A DNA stretch of 64,000 bases from Dehalococcoidia bacterium (GCA_022820645.1 JAJEFD010000019.1:64279-128278), one strand, 5' to 3'; counted from the stretch's first letter, positions 43,017 to 53,336 are shown. Notes: generated from the letters alone by a model not told the origin. Program-made: numbers and translations.

Positions 43017-44642
43017 ATGACTACGCAACCCGTCCCTGCGCCCGAACAAACCTATACGTTGGACACCCTCCCGCCCCAGGACAGGGCATACGCCGACCGT
43101 CTCACCCGCGCCCTTCGCTGCGGTGTACCCGGCTGCGGGTGCGCCGACGGCCCCATGGTCCACTGTCCCTCCCACAGCCACGCTGAAGTCCCGACGCTCA
43201 CCGTCTCCTACGACCCCGACCGCGGCTTCTCCTTCCAATGCCTCGTCTGCCCCCCGTTCCGCATCAAGGATGCTCTCGTGAAACGCGGCATCGCGCCGGA
43301 GGGGGAGTTCTATATGTCCGGCGCCGCGCAGGCAGCCGGGCTCCAGCCCTTCAGGTTCCTTATCCAGCAACCACAGGACTGGCTCTGGCCCAACCGCATC
43401 CCTATCGGCAAGCTCACTCTTATCGCCGGATACCCCTCATCCGGTAAAACGTCCATCGCGCTCGACATCGCCGCCCGTGTCTCACGAGGCGCAGCCGCCC
43501 CCGATCAGCCGGACGCCCCGTTCCCTTCCGCCCCCGTCGTCCTCGCGCCCCTCAACGGCAACCCGAAGGCCGACATCCTCCCCACACTCCGCCATTTTGG
43601 TGCCGACCTCGACCGTGTCTACCTTGCAGACCTCCTCTCCCCCACGCACCCCGTCGACTACTACCCCAACGACCCGCCCGATGACGAGGACGACGGGTAC
43701 TACTACGAAGAAGACGACAATCTCGACGATGACGGCGACGACGACGTCGAGTACCTCTTCGACAACGACGGCAACGAGATAACTGTTCCCCGCCGCAAGC
43801 CGGTCGGCATGAAAGCCCCCGTTCGCGACCCGTTCTGGACGCCCGCCACCTCCGGCTCGAAACTCACCGCGCCCTGGCCCAGCCTCGACAAGGTCATGGG
43901 GCGGCTTGCCAACTACATCGCTGAGGGGAAAGCCGCCCTCCTCGTCGTCGACCAGGTCGAAGACCTTGCCGCCATGCACCGCACCCATGTCGCAACTGTC
44001 CTGGGTATGCTCAAGGCGCTCGCTGCGCGCTCGGGTGCGGCGGTCGTCGCCCTTGCCCACAATCCCGCGCAGAACTACCCCCGCGCCGTCACCGCCATGC
44101 AGAACCGCCTGCCTCTCGCCTCCGTCGTCTTCACCACCGCCGTAGTCGAACCGGGCGGACGCCGCTTCCTCGTCCCCCTCCGCCCCGCCATGAGCGACGA
44201 TGCCCCTGCCATCCCCTTTGCGCTGCCCCCCTCAACCGTCATTCCCCCTTCATCCGTCATTCCCGCGAAGGCGGGAATCCAGAGCCCCCCTTCCGGCTTC
44301 ACCGTCGCTTGGCGCAAACCCGTCTTCCCCGCGCATATGAAGGCCCTCACCGAGCCCCGCCCTAACGACGGCGCGAAGACCCGCGCCGCGCAATCCCTCC
44401 TCACCCGCGCGCTCGCCGACGGCCCCCGCCCCGCCGCAGAGGTCGAGCGCGAGGCCGCTCTGGTCGGCGTCTCGAAGTCCACCCTGGTCCGGGCTCGCGC
44501 GCTCTGCAACGTCAAAGCGTTCCGCGTCAGCATCGCTAACGGCCCCAACGGCGCGGGGGCGTGGCACTGGTGCTTGCCCCCACGCAACACTTTGGAACGG
44601 AATGAGACGCCTGCAACATCCGCGGAAATCGTAAACACATGA
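43017..44642 (+). CDS. Zn-ribbon / AAA_25-type P-loop ATPase / C-terminal HTH protein, paralogue 2
   Basis: Colinear with 2967-4523, with the same Cys/His pattern, Walker A GYPSSGKTS (43428-43451) and LLVVDQVED. It carries an acidic low-complexity insert and an embedded REP-A. Confidence 0.7.
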   Translation: MTTQPVPAPEQTYTLDTLPPQDRAYADRLTRALRCGVPGCGCADGPMVHCPSHSHAEVPTLTVSYDPDRGFSFQCLVCPPFRIKDALVKRGIAPEGEFYMSGAAQAAGLQPFRFLIQQPQDWLWPNRIPIGKLTLIAGYPSSGKTSIALDIAARVSRGAAAPDQPDAPFPSAPVVLAPLNGNPKADILPTLRHFGADLDRVYLADLLSPTHPVDYYPNDPPDDEDDGYYYEEDDNLDDDGDDDVEYLFDNDGNEITVPRRKPVGMKAPVRDPFWTPATSGSKLTAPWPSLDKVMGRLANYIAEGKAALLVVDQVEDLAAMHRTHVATVLGMLKALAARSGAAVVALAHNPAQNYPRAVTAMQNRLPLASVVFTTAVVEPGGRRFLVPLRPAMSDDAPAIPFALPPSTVIPPSSVIPAKAGIQSPPSGFTVAWRKPVFPAHMKALTEPRPNDGAKTRAAQSLLTRALADGPRPAAEVEREAALVGVSKSTLVRARALCNVKAFRVSIANGPNGAGAWHWCLPPRNTLERNETPATSAEIVNT

Positions 44643-44653
44643 GATTGTTGGTT

Positions 44654-44790
44654 CCTTGGTCACGGGAAGCAGGCCGTGGCCATGGAAACGCCCTTCAGAA
44701 GGAGACCAAGGATGTCAAAACAGGCCCGTTCTCCACTCCTGGGATCCAGACCAAGAATGTCATCCGGTGCCCCTGTTGACACTCTTGGTC
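44654..44790. repeat. Iteron-like repeats (AGACCAAGRATGTCA) around the conserved 18-nt box
   Basis: CCTTGGTC at 44654-44661 (inverted, partial), box GGGAAGCAGGCCGTGGCC at 44664-44681, AGACCAAGGATGTCA at 44703-44717, AGACCAAGAATGTCA at 44748-44762, TGACACTCTTGGTC at 44777-44790 (inverted, 13/14). Confidence 0.6.
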
Positions 44791-44799
44791 GCACCCCTC

Positions 44800-44950
44800 G
44801 TCATTCCCGCACCGGCGCGAACCGCCCTGCTTGGTCCCTTCCCCCTCGATGGGGGAAGGTTAGAGCCTGCCCCGCACTCGATGCGGGGATGGGGGTGACT
44901 CGGAGGCGTGGGGGCGGTGCCTGGTGTAGGGGCGTCTCTCGTGGGCGCCC
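44800..44950. repeat. Composite REP array: degenerate REP-A 44800-44823, REP-E 44836-44898, REP-C 44923-44950
   Basis: Direct matches to the other copies. Confidence 0.7.
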
Positions 44951-44984
44951 TTCGGACGCGGTGAGGGTTGCCCTCGATTCCGCC

Positions 44985-45524
44985 CTACTCCACGAAGATG
45001 TGCTCGCGGTAGTAGCGGAGTTCCTCGATGCTCTCGCGGATGTCGTCGAGGGCGAGGTGGGCGCGGCGCTTGCGGTGGGGCGGCAGGTCCGGATACCAGC
45101 GCTTCACGAGCTCCTTGATGGTGCTCACGTCCACGATGCGGTAGTTGAGGTACGCCTCCAGCGCCGGCATCTCGGCCCGCAGGAAGAGCCTGTCCTGGTG
45201 TACGGAGTTGCCGCACAGCGGCGCCTTCTTCTCCTTCACCCACTGCCGGACGAACTCCAGCGTGAGCCGCTCCGCCTCCTCGACGCTGACGGTCGACGCC
45301 TGCACGCGCTCGAGCAGGCCGGACTCCGTGTGCGTGCGCAGGCTCCAGTCGTCGATGCGCGCCATCTCGTCGTCGGTGCGGGCGACGGCGATGACCGGCC
45401 CCTCGGCCAGCACCTCGAGGTCTGCGTCGGTGATGAGCGTCGCTATCTCCAGGGTGACGTGCCGGTCCGGGTCGAGCCCGGTCATCTCCATATCTATCCA
45501 GACGAGCCTGCCGGAGTCAGCCAT
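44985..45524 (-). CDS. orn: Oligoribonuclease
   Basis: [13 protein letters not shown]..., ...[11 protein letters not shown]..., DEDDh exonuclease motifs; start at MADSGRL. Confidence 0.88.
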   Translation of the reverse strand: MADSGRLVWIDMEMTGLDPDRHVTLEIATLITDADLEVLAEGPVIAVARTDDEMARIDDWSLRTHTESGLLERVQASTVSVEEAERLTLEFVRQWVKEKKAPLCGNSVHQDRLFLRAEMPALEAYLNYRIVDVSTIKELVKRWYPDLPPHRKRRAHLALDDIRESIEELRYYREHIFVE

Positions 45525-46224
45525 GAGACGCCTTTCGCGCTTCCTGCGCAGAGAGTTCACGAACGCTGCCGGAGGGCAGCCTGCCGAGCCGCAATCCGCC
45601 GACGCGCACGCGCGTCAGCCGGAGCACGCGGCGTCCGACCGCGCGCATCATCAGCCGCACCTCCCGCTTCTTCCCCTCCGCCAGTTCGACGGCGTATCGC
45701 GCCTCGCCCTTGCGTACGGGTTCAACCGACAGCGCCCGTGCGAGGCCGCCCTCGATCTCGACGCCGTCCAGCAGGCGCGCCTGGTCGCGTGGCCAGAGCG
45801 CCCTGTCCAGCAGGACGTCGTACTCCTTCACGACACCGTAGCGCGGATGCGTGACGCGCTCCACGAACGCGCCGTCGTTCGAAAGCAGCAGCAGGCCGGT
45901 GCTGTCCGCGTCGAGCCGTCCGACCGGCACGAGCCCGGCGACGCGCAGCGCCTCCGGCACGAGGTCGAGCACGGTGGGGCGTCCGCGCGAATCGCTCACG
46001 GCGCAGAGGTAGCCCCGGGGCTTGTTGAGGAGCAGATAGACGGTGCGCTTCTCCGCCTGCGCAAGCGGCCGCCCGTTCACGGAGACGGCGTCGGACGCGC
46101 TCACAGGGTGGTTCAGGCTCGTCGCGGGCTGTCCGTTCACGGAGACCAAACCCTCGATGATGAGCGCGGCGGCCCGGCGGCGCGACCCCGCTCCCCCGGC
46201 AACGAGACGCTTCACCAGCGGCAT
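45517..46224 (-). CDS. Pseudouridine synthase, RsuA/RluB family, with S4 domain
   Basis: ...[17 protein letters not shown]..., ...[18 protein letters not shown].... The start is either M at 46224 or at 46257. Confidence 0.8.
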   Translation of the reverse strand: MPLVKRLVAGGAGSRRRAAALIIEGLVSVNGQPATSLNHPVSASDAVSVNGRPLAQAEKRTVYLLLNKPRGYLCAVSDSRGRPTVLDLVPEALRVAGLVPVGRLDADSTGLLLLSNDGAFVERVTHPRYGVVKEYDVLLDRALWPRDQARLLDGVEIEGGLARALSVEPVRKGEARYAVELAEGKKREVRLMMRAVGRRVLRLTRVRVGGLRLGRLPSGSVRELSAQEARKASHG

Positions 46225-46334
46225 GGAGGGAGCGCGGGATGGCGGGCTGCTGACCATGGAGTGAGGGTAGCACAGGCAGGGGGTCGCTGGTAGAATCGCT
46301 CATCCGGGGAGGAGGCAGGGACGAGGGACTTCCA

Positions 46335-47114
46335 ATGGGCAAACTCACAGACAAACTCGAACGCGCCGAGAAGGGCGCCGGCCAGCCGCTGGGGTTCGGC
46401 GGCGCCGCGAAGCGCGAGTCCATCGCGCCGCTGCTGCTGCTGGGCGCGGTTGCCGCGGGCGACGCGGCGCAGGCCGGGGTCGTGACCGCCTCGGAGATAG
46501 ACGGCGCGCTGATCGCCGGCGCCGGCAGCGCCAAAAAGACGGCGCTGAACGCATCGACCAAGGCGCTCGGCGACACCCTGTTCGGCGTGTGGACGGACGA
46601 GGGGCAGGCCGAGGAGGCCGGAGGCGCGGACTTCCAGGTGTTCTCGTCCGACGCGACGCCCGCAGGGGCGCTTTCGGGCGAGGGCCGCACACTCGTCATG
46701 GAGGTGCAGCCGGAACTGCCGGACAGCCTGCTGCGCACGATCGACCAGTTGCCGGTGGACGGGTTCCTCGTCTCGCTGGAAGCGCCGCTCACGGTGGCGC
46801 AGCTCATGCGGCTGGCCCGCGTGCGGGGTGCGACGTCGAAGCGGCTTCTCGTGCACCTGGGCGCTCTGCCCGCGAAGGCGGACGCCGAGCAGCTGCGCGA
46901 CGCCGGAGCAGCGGCGCTCGTCGTCGATGCGGCGGGACAGACCGCCGACGCCTTCCGCGAGACGCTCGCGATGCTGCGCGAGCTGCCGCACAAGTCGCCT
47001 CGCCAGCGCGACCGCGAGCGCTCCGGCGCAACCGTGCCGCAGCCGTCGTTCGGCGCGGCCCGCTCGGCGCCCCCGCCTCCACCCGACGACGATGACGACT
47101 GGGACGACGACTAG
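46335..47114 (+). CDS. Hypothetical protein with a Pro/Asp-rich C-terminal tail
   Basis: 259-aa ORF with a good codon pattern. No family recognised. Confidence 0.45.
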   Translation: MGKLTDKLERAEKGAGQPLGFGGAAKRESIAPLLLLGAVAAGDAAQAGVVTASEIDGALIAGAGSAKKTALNASTKALGDTLFGVWTDEGQAEEAGGADFQVFSSDATPAGALSGEGRTLVMEVQPELPDSLLRTIDQLPVDGFLVSLEAPLTVAQLMRLARVRGATSKRLLVHLGALPAKADAEQLRDAGAAALVVDAAGQTADAFRETLAMLRELPHKSPRQRDRERSGATVPQPSFGAARSAPPPPPDDDDDWDDD

Positions 47115-47120
47115 GGCGCG

Positions 47121-47807
47121 ATGCTGCTGGCGGGGATCACCGGCCTCTTCGACGATCCGTTCCGAGCGCTCGTGTGGTTCGTCGCCATCGCAGCCTCACT
47201 GCTGATCGCCATCACGTTCCACGAAGCGTCGCATGCCGTCACCGCGTTGCGGCTCGGCGACGACACGGCTGCGCGGCTGGGCCGGGTGACGCTCAACCCG
47301 AAGCGGCACCTCGACCCGGCGGGCACGGTCATGCTGCTCATCGTGGGATTCGGCTGGGGCAAGCCGGTGCCGGTGAACCCGTCGCGCCTGCGGACCGGCA
47401 GGACAGGCATGGCGATGGTGTCCGCCGCCGGGCCGATGGCGAACGTTGCGCTTGCGGTCGCGTTCGCGCTGCTCTTCCGCATCGGGGTGCTCGACGGCAG
47501 CATCACACGCGATGAGCTGCAGTCGCTGTCGCCGATGGCGTGGGCGAGCATCATCGCGTGGTACGGCGTCGCGCTGAACCTGCTGCTGGCCGTGTTCAAC
47601 CTGCTGCCGCTGCCACCGCTGGACGGAGGCGGCATCATCCAGGGCGTCGCGCCCCGGAGCTGGTGGCCGGCGGTCATTCAACTGCAGCGCTTCGGGCCGA
47701 TCGTGCTCATAGGGCTGATCGCGCTGACATTCGCGACGGACACCAATCCGCTGGGGTACATCTTCCGCCCCGTCTACGCGGTCGCGGACGCGCTCAGGGG
47801 CGTCTGA
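47121..47807 (+). CDS. Site-2 protease (peptidase M50) family membrane protein
   Basis: HEASHA zinc motif in a TM helix, ...LNLLPLPPLDGG... motif. Confidence 0.8.
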   Translation: MLLAGITGLFDDPFRALVWFVAIAASLLIAITFHEASHAVTALRLGDDTAARLGRVTLNPKRHLDPAGTVMLLIVGFGWGKPVPVNPSRLRTGRTGMAMVSAAGPMANVALAVAFALLFRIGVLDGSITRDELQSLSPMAWASIIAWYGVALNLLLAVFNLLPLPPLDGGGIIQGVAPRSWWPAVIQLQRFGPIVLIGLIALTFATDTNPLGYIFRPVYAVADALRGV

Positions 47808-47816
47808 GGGGCGAGG

Positions 47817-48224
47817 TCACTGCCAGGGGAGCGACATCGTCCCGTAGACCTCGATCCCGCAACCGGCGACCCCCAGGTGCGGATGGTCCGCGAGCAGCGC
47901 CTGGGCGGCGTCCATGTCCTCCGCCTGGAGCACCGAGTAGGTCACCACTCCCATCTCGTTCGCGGAACTTCCCGCCGCGGTCATCCTTCCACCCGGGCTC
48001 AGCGGGGACATCTCGACGAGAGCGTCGCCGCACCGGTCGGCCCACGCCTTCCACGCGGCCATAACGGCCTGCATGTCTTCGGGCGTGGAGTCCATCATCG
48101 CCTGCATGGTGTCGGCCGAAGCGTGATACAACACGAGAAACTTCTGCACCTGGGGCACCTCCTGGGGGTCCGCCCCGGCTTGCGGAGCCGCGACAGGATA
48201 GGGTACGGCGGTGAGAGGCGGCAA
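47817..48224 (-). CDS. Hypothetical protein
   Basis: 135-aa ORF. No confident family; the true start may be internal. Confidence 0.35.
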   Translation of the reverse strand: MPPLTAVPYPVAAPQAGADPQEVPQVQKFLVLYHASADTMQAMMDSTPEDMQAVMAAWKAWADRCGDALVEMSPLSPGGRMTAAGSSANEMGVVTYSVLQAEDMDAAQALLADHPHLGVAGCGIEVYGTMSLPWQ

Positions 48225-48233
48225 CGGGAAGTG

Positions 48234-48398
48234 TCAGCGCGCGGACTTCGCCGACTGCAGTTCGTCCAGCATCATCCGCTTCATGGACTCGGCGATACGA
48301 GCGAGTTCGTTCGTGGTAAGTTTCGGGCCCATGAGTTCGCGCTCGTAGGCGGCGATGACGTTGATCAGCGTGCGGTCGTTCGGTGTCGTAAGCGCCAT
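48234..48398 (-). CDS. Small hypothetical protein (54 aa)
   Basis: It is the C-terminal part of the otherwise antisense ORF 48234-49574, and the ATG sits in an intergenic gap. The call is weak. Confidence 0.3.
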   Translation of the reverse strand: MALTTPNDRTLINVIAAYERELMGPKLTTNELARIAESMKRMMLDELQSAKSAR

Positions 48399-48428
48399 GA
48401 CGGAACCTCGGAACGGAGACTGCCGGAG

Positions 48429-48776
48429 ATGATAGCGCAAGAGCATATCCTGCACGTGACGACGCCGGAGGCGTGGCGGCGCGGCGCGGAGACGCCGTAC
48501 TACGAGGCGGAGTCGCTCGCGACAGAGGGGTTCATCCACAACTGCCGTCCGGCGCAGCTGCGGGGCGTACTCGGCAGGCACTTCGCGGGCCACCGGGCGC
48601 TCGTGCTGCTGGTGGTCGATTCTGGGCGGCTGACGTCCGAGGTGCGGGAGGAGGAGTCCCACGGCGAGGCGTTCCCGCACGTTTACGGCCCCATAGACCG
48701 CGCAGCCGTCGTCAGCGTGCTTCCCATCGAGACAGACAGCACGGGGAGGTTCACGCTGCCGGATGGCGTCGAGTAG
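48429..48776 (+). CDS. DUF952 domain protein
   Basis: ILHVTTPEAW...YEAESLATEGFIHNC...FPHVYGPI; typical of DUF952. Confidence 0.7.
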   Translation: MIAQEHILHVTTPEAWRRGAETPYYEAESLATEGFIHNCRPAQLRGVLGRHFAGHRALVLLVVDSGRLTSEVREEESHGEAFPHVYGPIDRAAVVSVLPIETDSTGRFTLPDGVE

Positions 48777-48845
48777 CGCTCCGGCCACCCTTATCGGCGG
48801 CGCTGCTAGAATAGCCCCACCTTCCGGCGCAGGAGCGAGTCCCCC

Positions 48846-50126
48846 ATGCAGATGACAGTGCGGCGGCCCAGACGCTTGCGCGGCGACGTGACCCCGCCGG
48901 GCGACAAGTCGATCTCCCACCGTGCGGCCATCTTCAACGCCATCGCCGACGGCGAGGCGCGCGTCGAGAACTACGGCACCGGCGCCGACCTGGCATCGAC
49001 GCTCCGCGTGCTGCGCGGCCTCGGCACGCAGATCGAGCGCCACGACGACGGCGCGTTCACCGTGCGCGGCGGGATCCTCGCGGAGCCGTCCGACATCCTC
49101 AACACGGGCAACAGCGGTACGACGACACGCCTGATGGCGGGCGTACTCGCAGGCCAGCCGTTCATGTCCGTGATGACAGGCGACCGCTCGATACGCTCGC
49201 GTCCGATGGCGCGCATCGTGGACCCGCTCCGCCTGATGGGCGCCGACGTGGACGGACGGGACGGGGGCAGGCTCGCGCCGCTGACGTTCCGGGGCGGCAG
49301 CCTCCACGGCATCGAGTACCGGATGCCCGTCGCATCGGCGCAGGTGAAGAGCGCGCTGCTGCTCGCGGGGCTGTTCGCCGAGGGAGAGACGACGCTGGAG
49401 CAGCCCGCGGTGTCGCGCGACCACACGGAGCTGATGTTCCGCTCCATGGGCGTGCAAGTGATCGAGGACGGGCTGACGGTGCGCGTGCGTCCAGGACGGC
49501 TCAGCGCCATGGACGTGACCGTGCCCGCCGACATCAGCTCGGCGGCGTACTGGCTCGTCGCGGGCGTCTGCCACCCGGACGCGGAGGTGCGCGTGCGGAA
49601 CGTGGGGGTGAACCCCACGCGCACCGGCATCCTCGACGCGCTGGCGATGATGGGGGCGGACGTGAGCGTCGAGAACGAGCGCACCGAAGGGGGCGAGGCC
49701 GTGGCCGACCTCGTTGCGCGGTCGAGCAGCCTGCGCGCCGCGGAGATCGGGGGAGACCTCATACCACGCCTCGTGGACGAAGTGCCTGTGCTCGCGCTCG
49801 CCGCGTGCTTCGCTGAGGGGACGACCGTCATCCGCGACGCTTCCGAACTGCGTGTGAAGGAGAGCGATCGGCTCATGGCATCCCGCGTCGAGCTGTCCCG
49901 GATGGGCGCGGAGGTCGAAGAGTTAGACGACGGTCTGCGCATCACGGGCGGGCGCGCCCTGCACGGCGCGACGCACCGGACGTACGCGGACCACCGGATC
50001 GCGATGACGATGGGCGTCGCGGGGCTGATCGCGGCGGGCGAGACGACGGTCCAGTCTGCGCAGACGGCGTCGGTCTCCTATCCCACGTTCTGGGACGACC
50101 TCGGCTCGCTGGGGGAGGGCGTGTAG
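48846..50126 (+). CDS. aroA: 3-phosphoshikimate 1-carboxyvinyltransferase (EPSP synthase)
   Basis: PGDKSISHRA..., NSGTTTRLM..., ...KESDR... motifs. Confidence 0.92.
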   Translation: MQMTVRRPRRLRGDVTPPGDKSISHRAAIFNAIADGEARVENYGTGADLASTLRVLRGLGTQIERHDDGAFTVRGGILAEPSDILNTGNSGTTTRLMAGVLAGQPFMSVMTGDRSIRSRPMARIVDPLRLMGADVDGRDGGRLAPLTFRGGSLHGIEYRMPVASAQVKSALLLAGLFAEGETTLEQPAVSRDHTELMFRSMGVQVIEDGLTVRVRPGRLSAMDVTVPADISSAAYWLVAGVCHPDAEVRVRNVGVNPTRTGILDALAMMGADVSVENERTEGGEAVADLVARSSSLRAAEIGGDLIPRLVDEVPVLALAACFAEGTTVIRDASELRVKESDRLMASRVELSRMGAEVEELDDGLRITGGRALHGATHRTYADHRIAMTMGVAGLIAAGETTVQSAQTASVSYPTFWDDLGSLGEGV

Positions 50127-50145
50127 CCGTGGGGCGTCGTTCACG

Positions 50146-50751
50146 GTGAGCACAGCCGAGCCGCATCCGCTCCTCGTCGTCGTCTCCGGTCCGTCCGGCG
50201 TCGGCAAGGATGCGATGCTCGCCCGCGTGCGGGAACAGCGCCCGGGGGTGTTCTGGGCCATCACCGCGACGACCCGGGCGATGCGCCCCGGCGAGGAGCA
50301 CGGCGTCCACCATCTGTTCCTTACACGCGAGGAGTTCCTCGAACTGCTGGAGCGCGGCGAGCTGCTGGAGCACGCGGAAGTGTACGGCAACCTCTACGGC
50401 GTGCCGAAGGCGCCGGTACGCGAGGCGCTTGCGGAAGGGCGCGACGCCATCGTGCGGACGGACGTGCAGGGCGCGGCCTCGATCCGTGCGCTCGCGCCGG
50501 ACGCGCTGCTCATCTTCGTGGCGCCGCCGTCGCTGGAAGAGCTCGAACGCCGTCTGCGCAGCCGCGATACCGAATCGGCGGAGGAGACGGCTCTGCGCGT
50601 AGAGATGTCCCGGCAGGAGATGCGCGACGCCGCGTGGTTCGACGCAGTCGTCGTCAACGAGACGGGCGGGTTGGAGAACGCCGCGCAGGAGGTCATGGCT
50701 GTCATCGAGCGAGAGCGGCAGCGCATCCCCGCGCGCACGGTGCGCCTGTAG
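50146..50751 (+). CDS. gmk: Guanylate kinase
   Basis: VVVSGPSGVGKD P-loop, ...TTR..RPGE..G..Y.F.... Confidence 0.9.
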   Translation: MSTAEPHPLLVVVSGPSGVGKDAMLARVREQRPGVFWAITATTRAMRPGEEHGVHHLFLTREEFLELLERGELLEHAEVYGNLYGVPKAPVREALAEGRDAIVRTDVQGAASIRALAPDALLIFVAPPSLEELERRLRSRDTESAEETALRVEMSRQEMRDAAWFDAVVVNETGGLENAAQEVMAVIERERQRIPARTVRL

Positions 50752-50810
50752 CCCGAAACCCGCGCCGTGCTCTGGTATCCTGCGGCGCATCCCCTACGAG
50801 GCAGGTGGCG

Positions 50811-51956
50811 ATGATCACGAAGTTCTCCGTCCTCTACGTCGGCTTCACGGAACTGGACAACGTCGGGCTGGGCGGCACGCCGCCGGACGAGCGGCACCTC
50901 TCTAACGAGCAGATCGTCAAGGCGTACGACATGTCGCTGGACGTGGCGCAGCACATGGACAAGCTCGGGTTCGACACGCTCTGGGGCGCGGAGCACCACT
51001 TCCAGCGCGAGGGCTACGAGGTCATCCCGAACCTCATCCTGTGGGGGACGTACCTGGCGGCGCGGACGGAGCGTCTCAAGTTCGGTTGCGCGTTCAACGT
51101 GAGCCCGATCTGGCATCCCATCCGTATGGCCGAGGACTTCGCGATGGCCGACATCCTCACCGATGGCCGCGTGGTCTTCGGCGTGGGGCGCGGCTACCAG
51201 ACGCGGGAGGTGGAGACGCTCGGCGCTCCGCTGCTGGACCAAGACGCCAACCGGGAGCTGTTCGAGGAGCAGATGGAAGTCATCATGAAGGCGTTCCACG
51301 AGGACTCGTTCAGCCATCACGGCAAACACTACACAATCCCGGCGCCGCAGAAGTTCCGCGGCTACGAGCCGACGGAGGTGACGCTGGTGCCGCGTCCGGT
51401 GCACCAGCCGGTTGAGATATGGCAAGCGATAGCGAGCGGCAGATCCATCCCCTTCATGGCGCAGAACGGCATCAAGGGGATGATCACGCAGAACGGCGAC
51501 CGGCTGGCGCGTCAGATATTCCACACGTACCAGGAAGAGGCTGCGAAGGCGGGCCGGAATCTCGAGCTCGGCGAGGACCTCTGCCTCGGCGTCGCGATGT
51601 CCATCGCGCCGACGCCAGAGGAAGCGGTCGAGCAGGTGCGCCCCTACCACGACGAGGCGTACAAGTGGTTCGCGCCGTTCGGGTTCGTGCGCTACGTCGA
51701 CGAGGACGGACGTCCGTGGGGCACCCCCGGCGCACCCGCGAGAGTGCCGACGATAGAAGAAGGCGTCAGGCAGCGCGCGTGGCTGTGCGGTCCACCTGAG
51801 CTGGTCATCCGGGAGCTCAAGGCCTACGAAGCCGAGTTCCCCGGCCTGGACCAGGTGATGTTCCGCTGGCCGGAGGGCATGCCGGCAGAGCAGTTCAAGG
51901 AGCAGCTCTCGCTTTTCGCGGAGCACGTCATGCCGGAGTTCGGGAAGCAGGGGTGA
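50811..51956 (+). CDS. LLM-class flavin-dependent oxidoreductase (second paralogue)
   Basis: ...GFDTLWGAEHHF..., ...GRVVFGVGRGY.... Confidence 0.75.
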   Translation: MITKFSVLYVGFTELDNVGLGGTPPDERHLSNEQIVKAYDMSLDVAQHMDKLGFDTLWGAEHHFQREGYEVIPNLILWGTYLAARTERLKFGCAFNVSPIWHPIRMAEDFAMADILTDGRVVFGVGRGYQTREVETLGAPLLDQDANRELFEEQMEVIMKAFHEDSFSHHGKHYTIPAPQKFRGYEPTEVTLVPRPVHQPVEIWQAIASGRSIPFMAQNGIKGMITQNGDRLARQIFHTYQEEAAKAGRNLELGEDLCLGVAMSIAPTPEEAVEQVRPYHDEAYKWFAPFGFVRYVDEDGRPWGTPGAPARVPTIEEGVRQRAWLCGPPELVIRELKAYEAEFPGLDQVMFRWPEGMPAEQFKEQLSLFAEHVMPEFGKQG

Positions 51957-51972
51957 GGCGAGGGCAGTCAGA

Positions 51973-53319
51973 CTACCGGACGTACTTGTTGAATACGTCG
52001 CGCGCGATCAGGTCGACCTGGCCCTTGTACCGGATGTAGGCGTTCACGGTATCCGTCAGGTCTTGCTGGGCGGTCGCGCCGTCGATGAAGCGGCTCTTGA
52101 TGCCCGTGAAGTTCTCCATGTTGGAGGCGAACCTCGTATCCGCCATCGCCGACGCGAGTGCGTCCCGCAGCGCCTCCGTCACCCCTGCGGACACCCCGGG
52201 CGGGCCGATGAGGTTGTACGACATGGCCAGGTCCGGTCGCATCGCAAGCCACAGCGCCTGGTCGCCAGGATCGTCCAGGTAAGTGTCGTGGACGTTCGGG
52301 CAATGGAAATCGCCCTCTCCGTTGTTCCCGATATCGACTCCCGGAGCTGAGAGGTCGGCGAATGGCCGCACGAAGCCGCTCGTGACCCAGCCGGGCCGGG
52401 TTATCGGCAACTGGTTCCAGACCAAGCGCGAGACCCAGGAGTTCACGTCGCCCCGCTCGAGCATCACGTACTGCTCGGCTGTGGCTGCTGCAGAGACTCT
52501 CCTCATCCTCAACGGTACGTTCAACTGGTCGGCCAGCCAGCCCACGGCAACGTTCGAGCCGAGGTCGGCGGGCGTCCGTGCGTCTACTGCGATAGTCAGG
52601 TCAGGGAAGGGCGCGTCGAAGGCGTCCACGATGCAATCGTAGGACAGTGTGCCGCGGATGAACCACGCTTCTTCTCTGCCTGAGGTGACGCCGATCATCG
52701 TTGCCTCGCGCATGTCGAACTGCGCCTGTGTCATGAACTGTTCGATCACGCCGGGTGTCGCCTCCAGCGCGAGCGTCAGGCCGTCCGGCTCCGCATTCCA
52801 GACGAAATTGCGTTCCACGATGTTGGGCGTCAGGTTCACGACTCTGATGTTGGGATCGCCGGGGATGAAATCCGGCAATGCGCGCGACATGTAGCGGGCG
52901 TGGGCGTCAGTGGTGCCTCCGGGGTCATACCCCACCATGAGGGTTATCGTTTTGCCCCTGAAGAAGGACGGCGTTGGTGTCGGGGATGGCGTTGGCGATG
53001 GTGTGGGCGTCGGAGTGGCGGTAGGGGTAGGGGTGGGAGTTGGAGTGAACGTTGGCGTTGGGGTAGGGGTGGGAATAGGCGTGGGCGTCGAGGTCGGCGT
53101 TGACGTTGGGACCGGCGTTGGCGTTGGCGTCCACGTCGGCTCAGGGGTCCAGGTAGGCGCAGCCGTCCATGTGGGCGCGGGTGTCCACGTGGGTGAGGCG
53201 ACGGGCGTTGGGGTCGGTTCGTCTACCGATCCCTCGCCGACCCCGTCCCGGCATGCAGCGAGCACGAGGATGGCAGCGAGGCACGCGAGGAGCGCAGCGT
53301 ATGTCCACCGGGAGATCAA
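51973..53319 (-). CDS. TctC-like (Bug family) TTT substrate-binding lipoprotein, paralogue 1
   Basis: LVLAAC lipobox, long TP linker, ...[21 protein letters not shown]...[21 protein letters not shown].... Confidence 0.65.
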   Translation of the reverse strand: MISRWTYAALLACLAAILVLAACRDGVGEGSVDEPTPTPVASPTWTPAPTWTAAPTWTPEPTWTPTPTPVPTSTPTSTPTPIPTPTPTPTFTPTPTPTPTATPTPTPSPTPSPTPTPSFFRGKTITLMVGYDPGGTTDAHARYMSRALPDFIPGDPNIRVVNLTPNIVERNFVWNAEPDGLTLALEATPGVIEQFMTQAQFDMREATMIGVTSGREEAWFIRGTLSYDCIVDAFDAPFPDLTIAVDARTPADLGSNVAVGWLADQLNVPLRMRRVSAAATAEQYVMLERGDVNSWVSRLVWNQLPITRPGWVTSGFVRPFADLSAPGVDIGNNGEGDFHCPNVHDTYLDDPGDQALWLAMRPDLAMSYNLIGPPGVSAGVTEALRDALASAMADTRFASNMENFTGIKSRFIDGATAQQDLTDTVNAYIRYKGQVDLIARDVFNKYVR

Positions 53320-53336
53320 CGAGCGGCTCTGTGCTC

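Noticed and set aside
2967-44642. Composite-transposon or large mobile-element hypothesis: two direct copies of the ATPase gene bracketing about 38 kb.
   Set aside because: The copies are only about 70% identical. The intervening DNA has host-like GC content and housekeeping or operonic content (F420 biosynthesis, msrB, tRNA-Thr). No terminal inverted repeats or mobility genes were seen.
46335-47114. Hypothetical 259-aa protein with a poly-Pro/Asp tail as part of a novel system with the neighbouring M50 protease.
   Set aside because: Only adjacency supports this, with a 6-nt gap. There are no recognisable domains, and the GC content and surrounding housekeeping genes (orn, rluB-like, aroA, gmk) are ordinary. 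The evidence is insufficient to propose a system.
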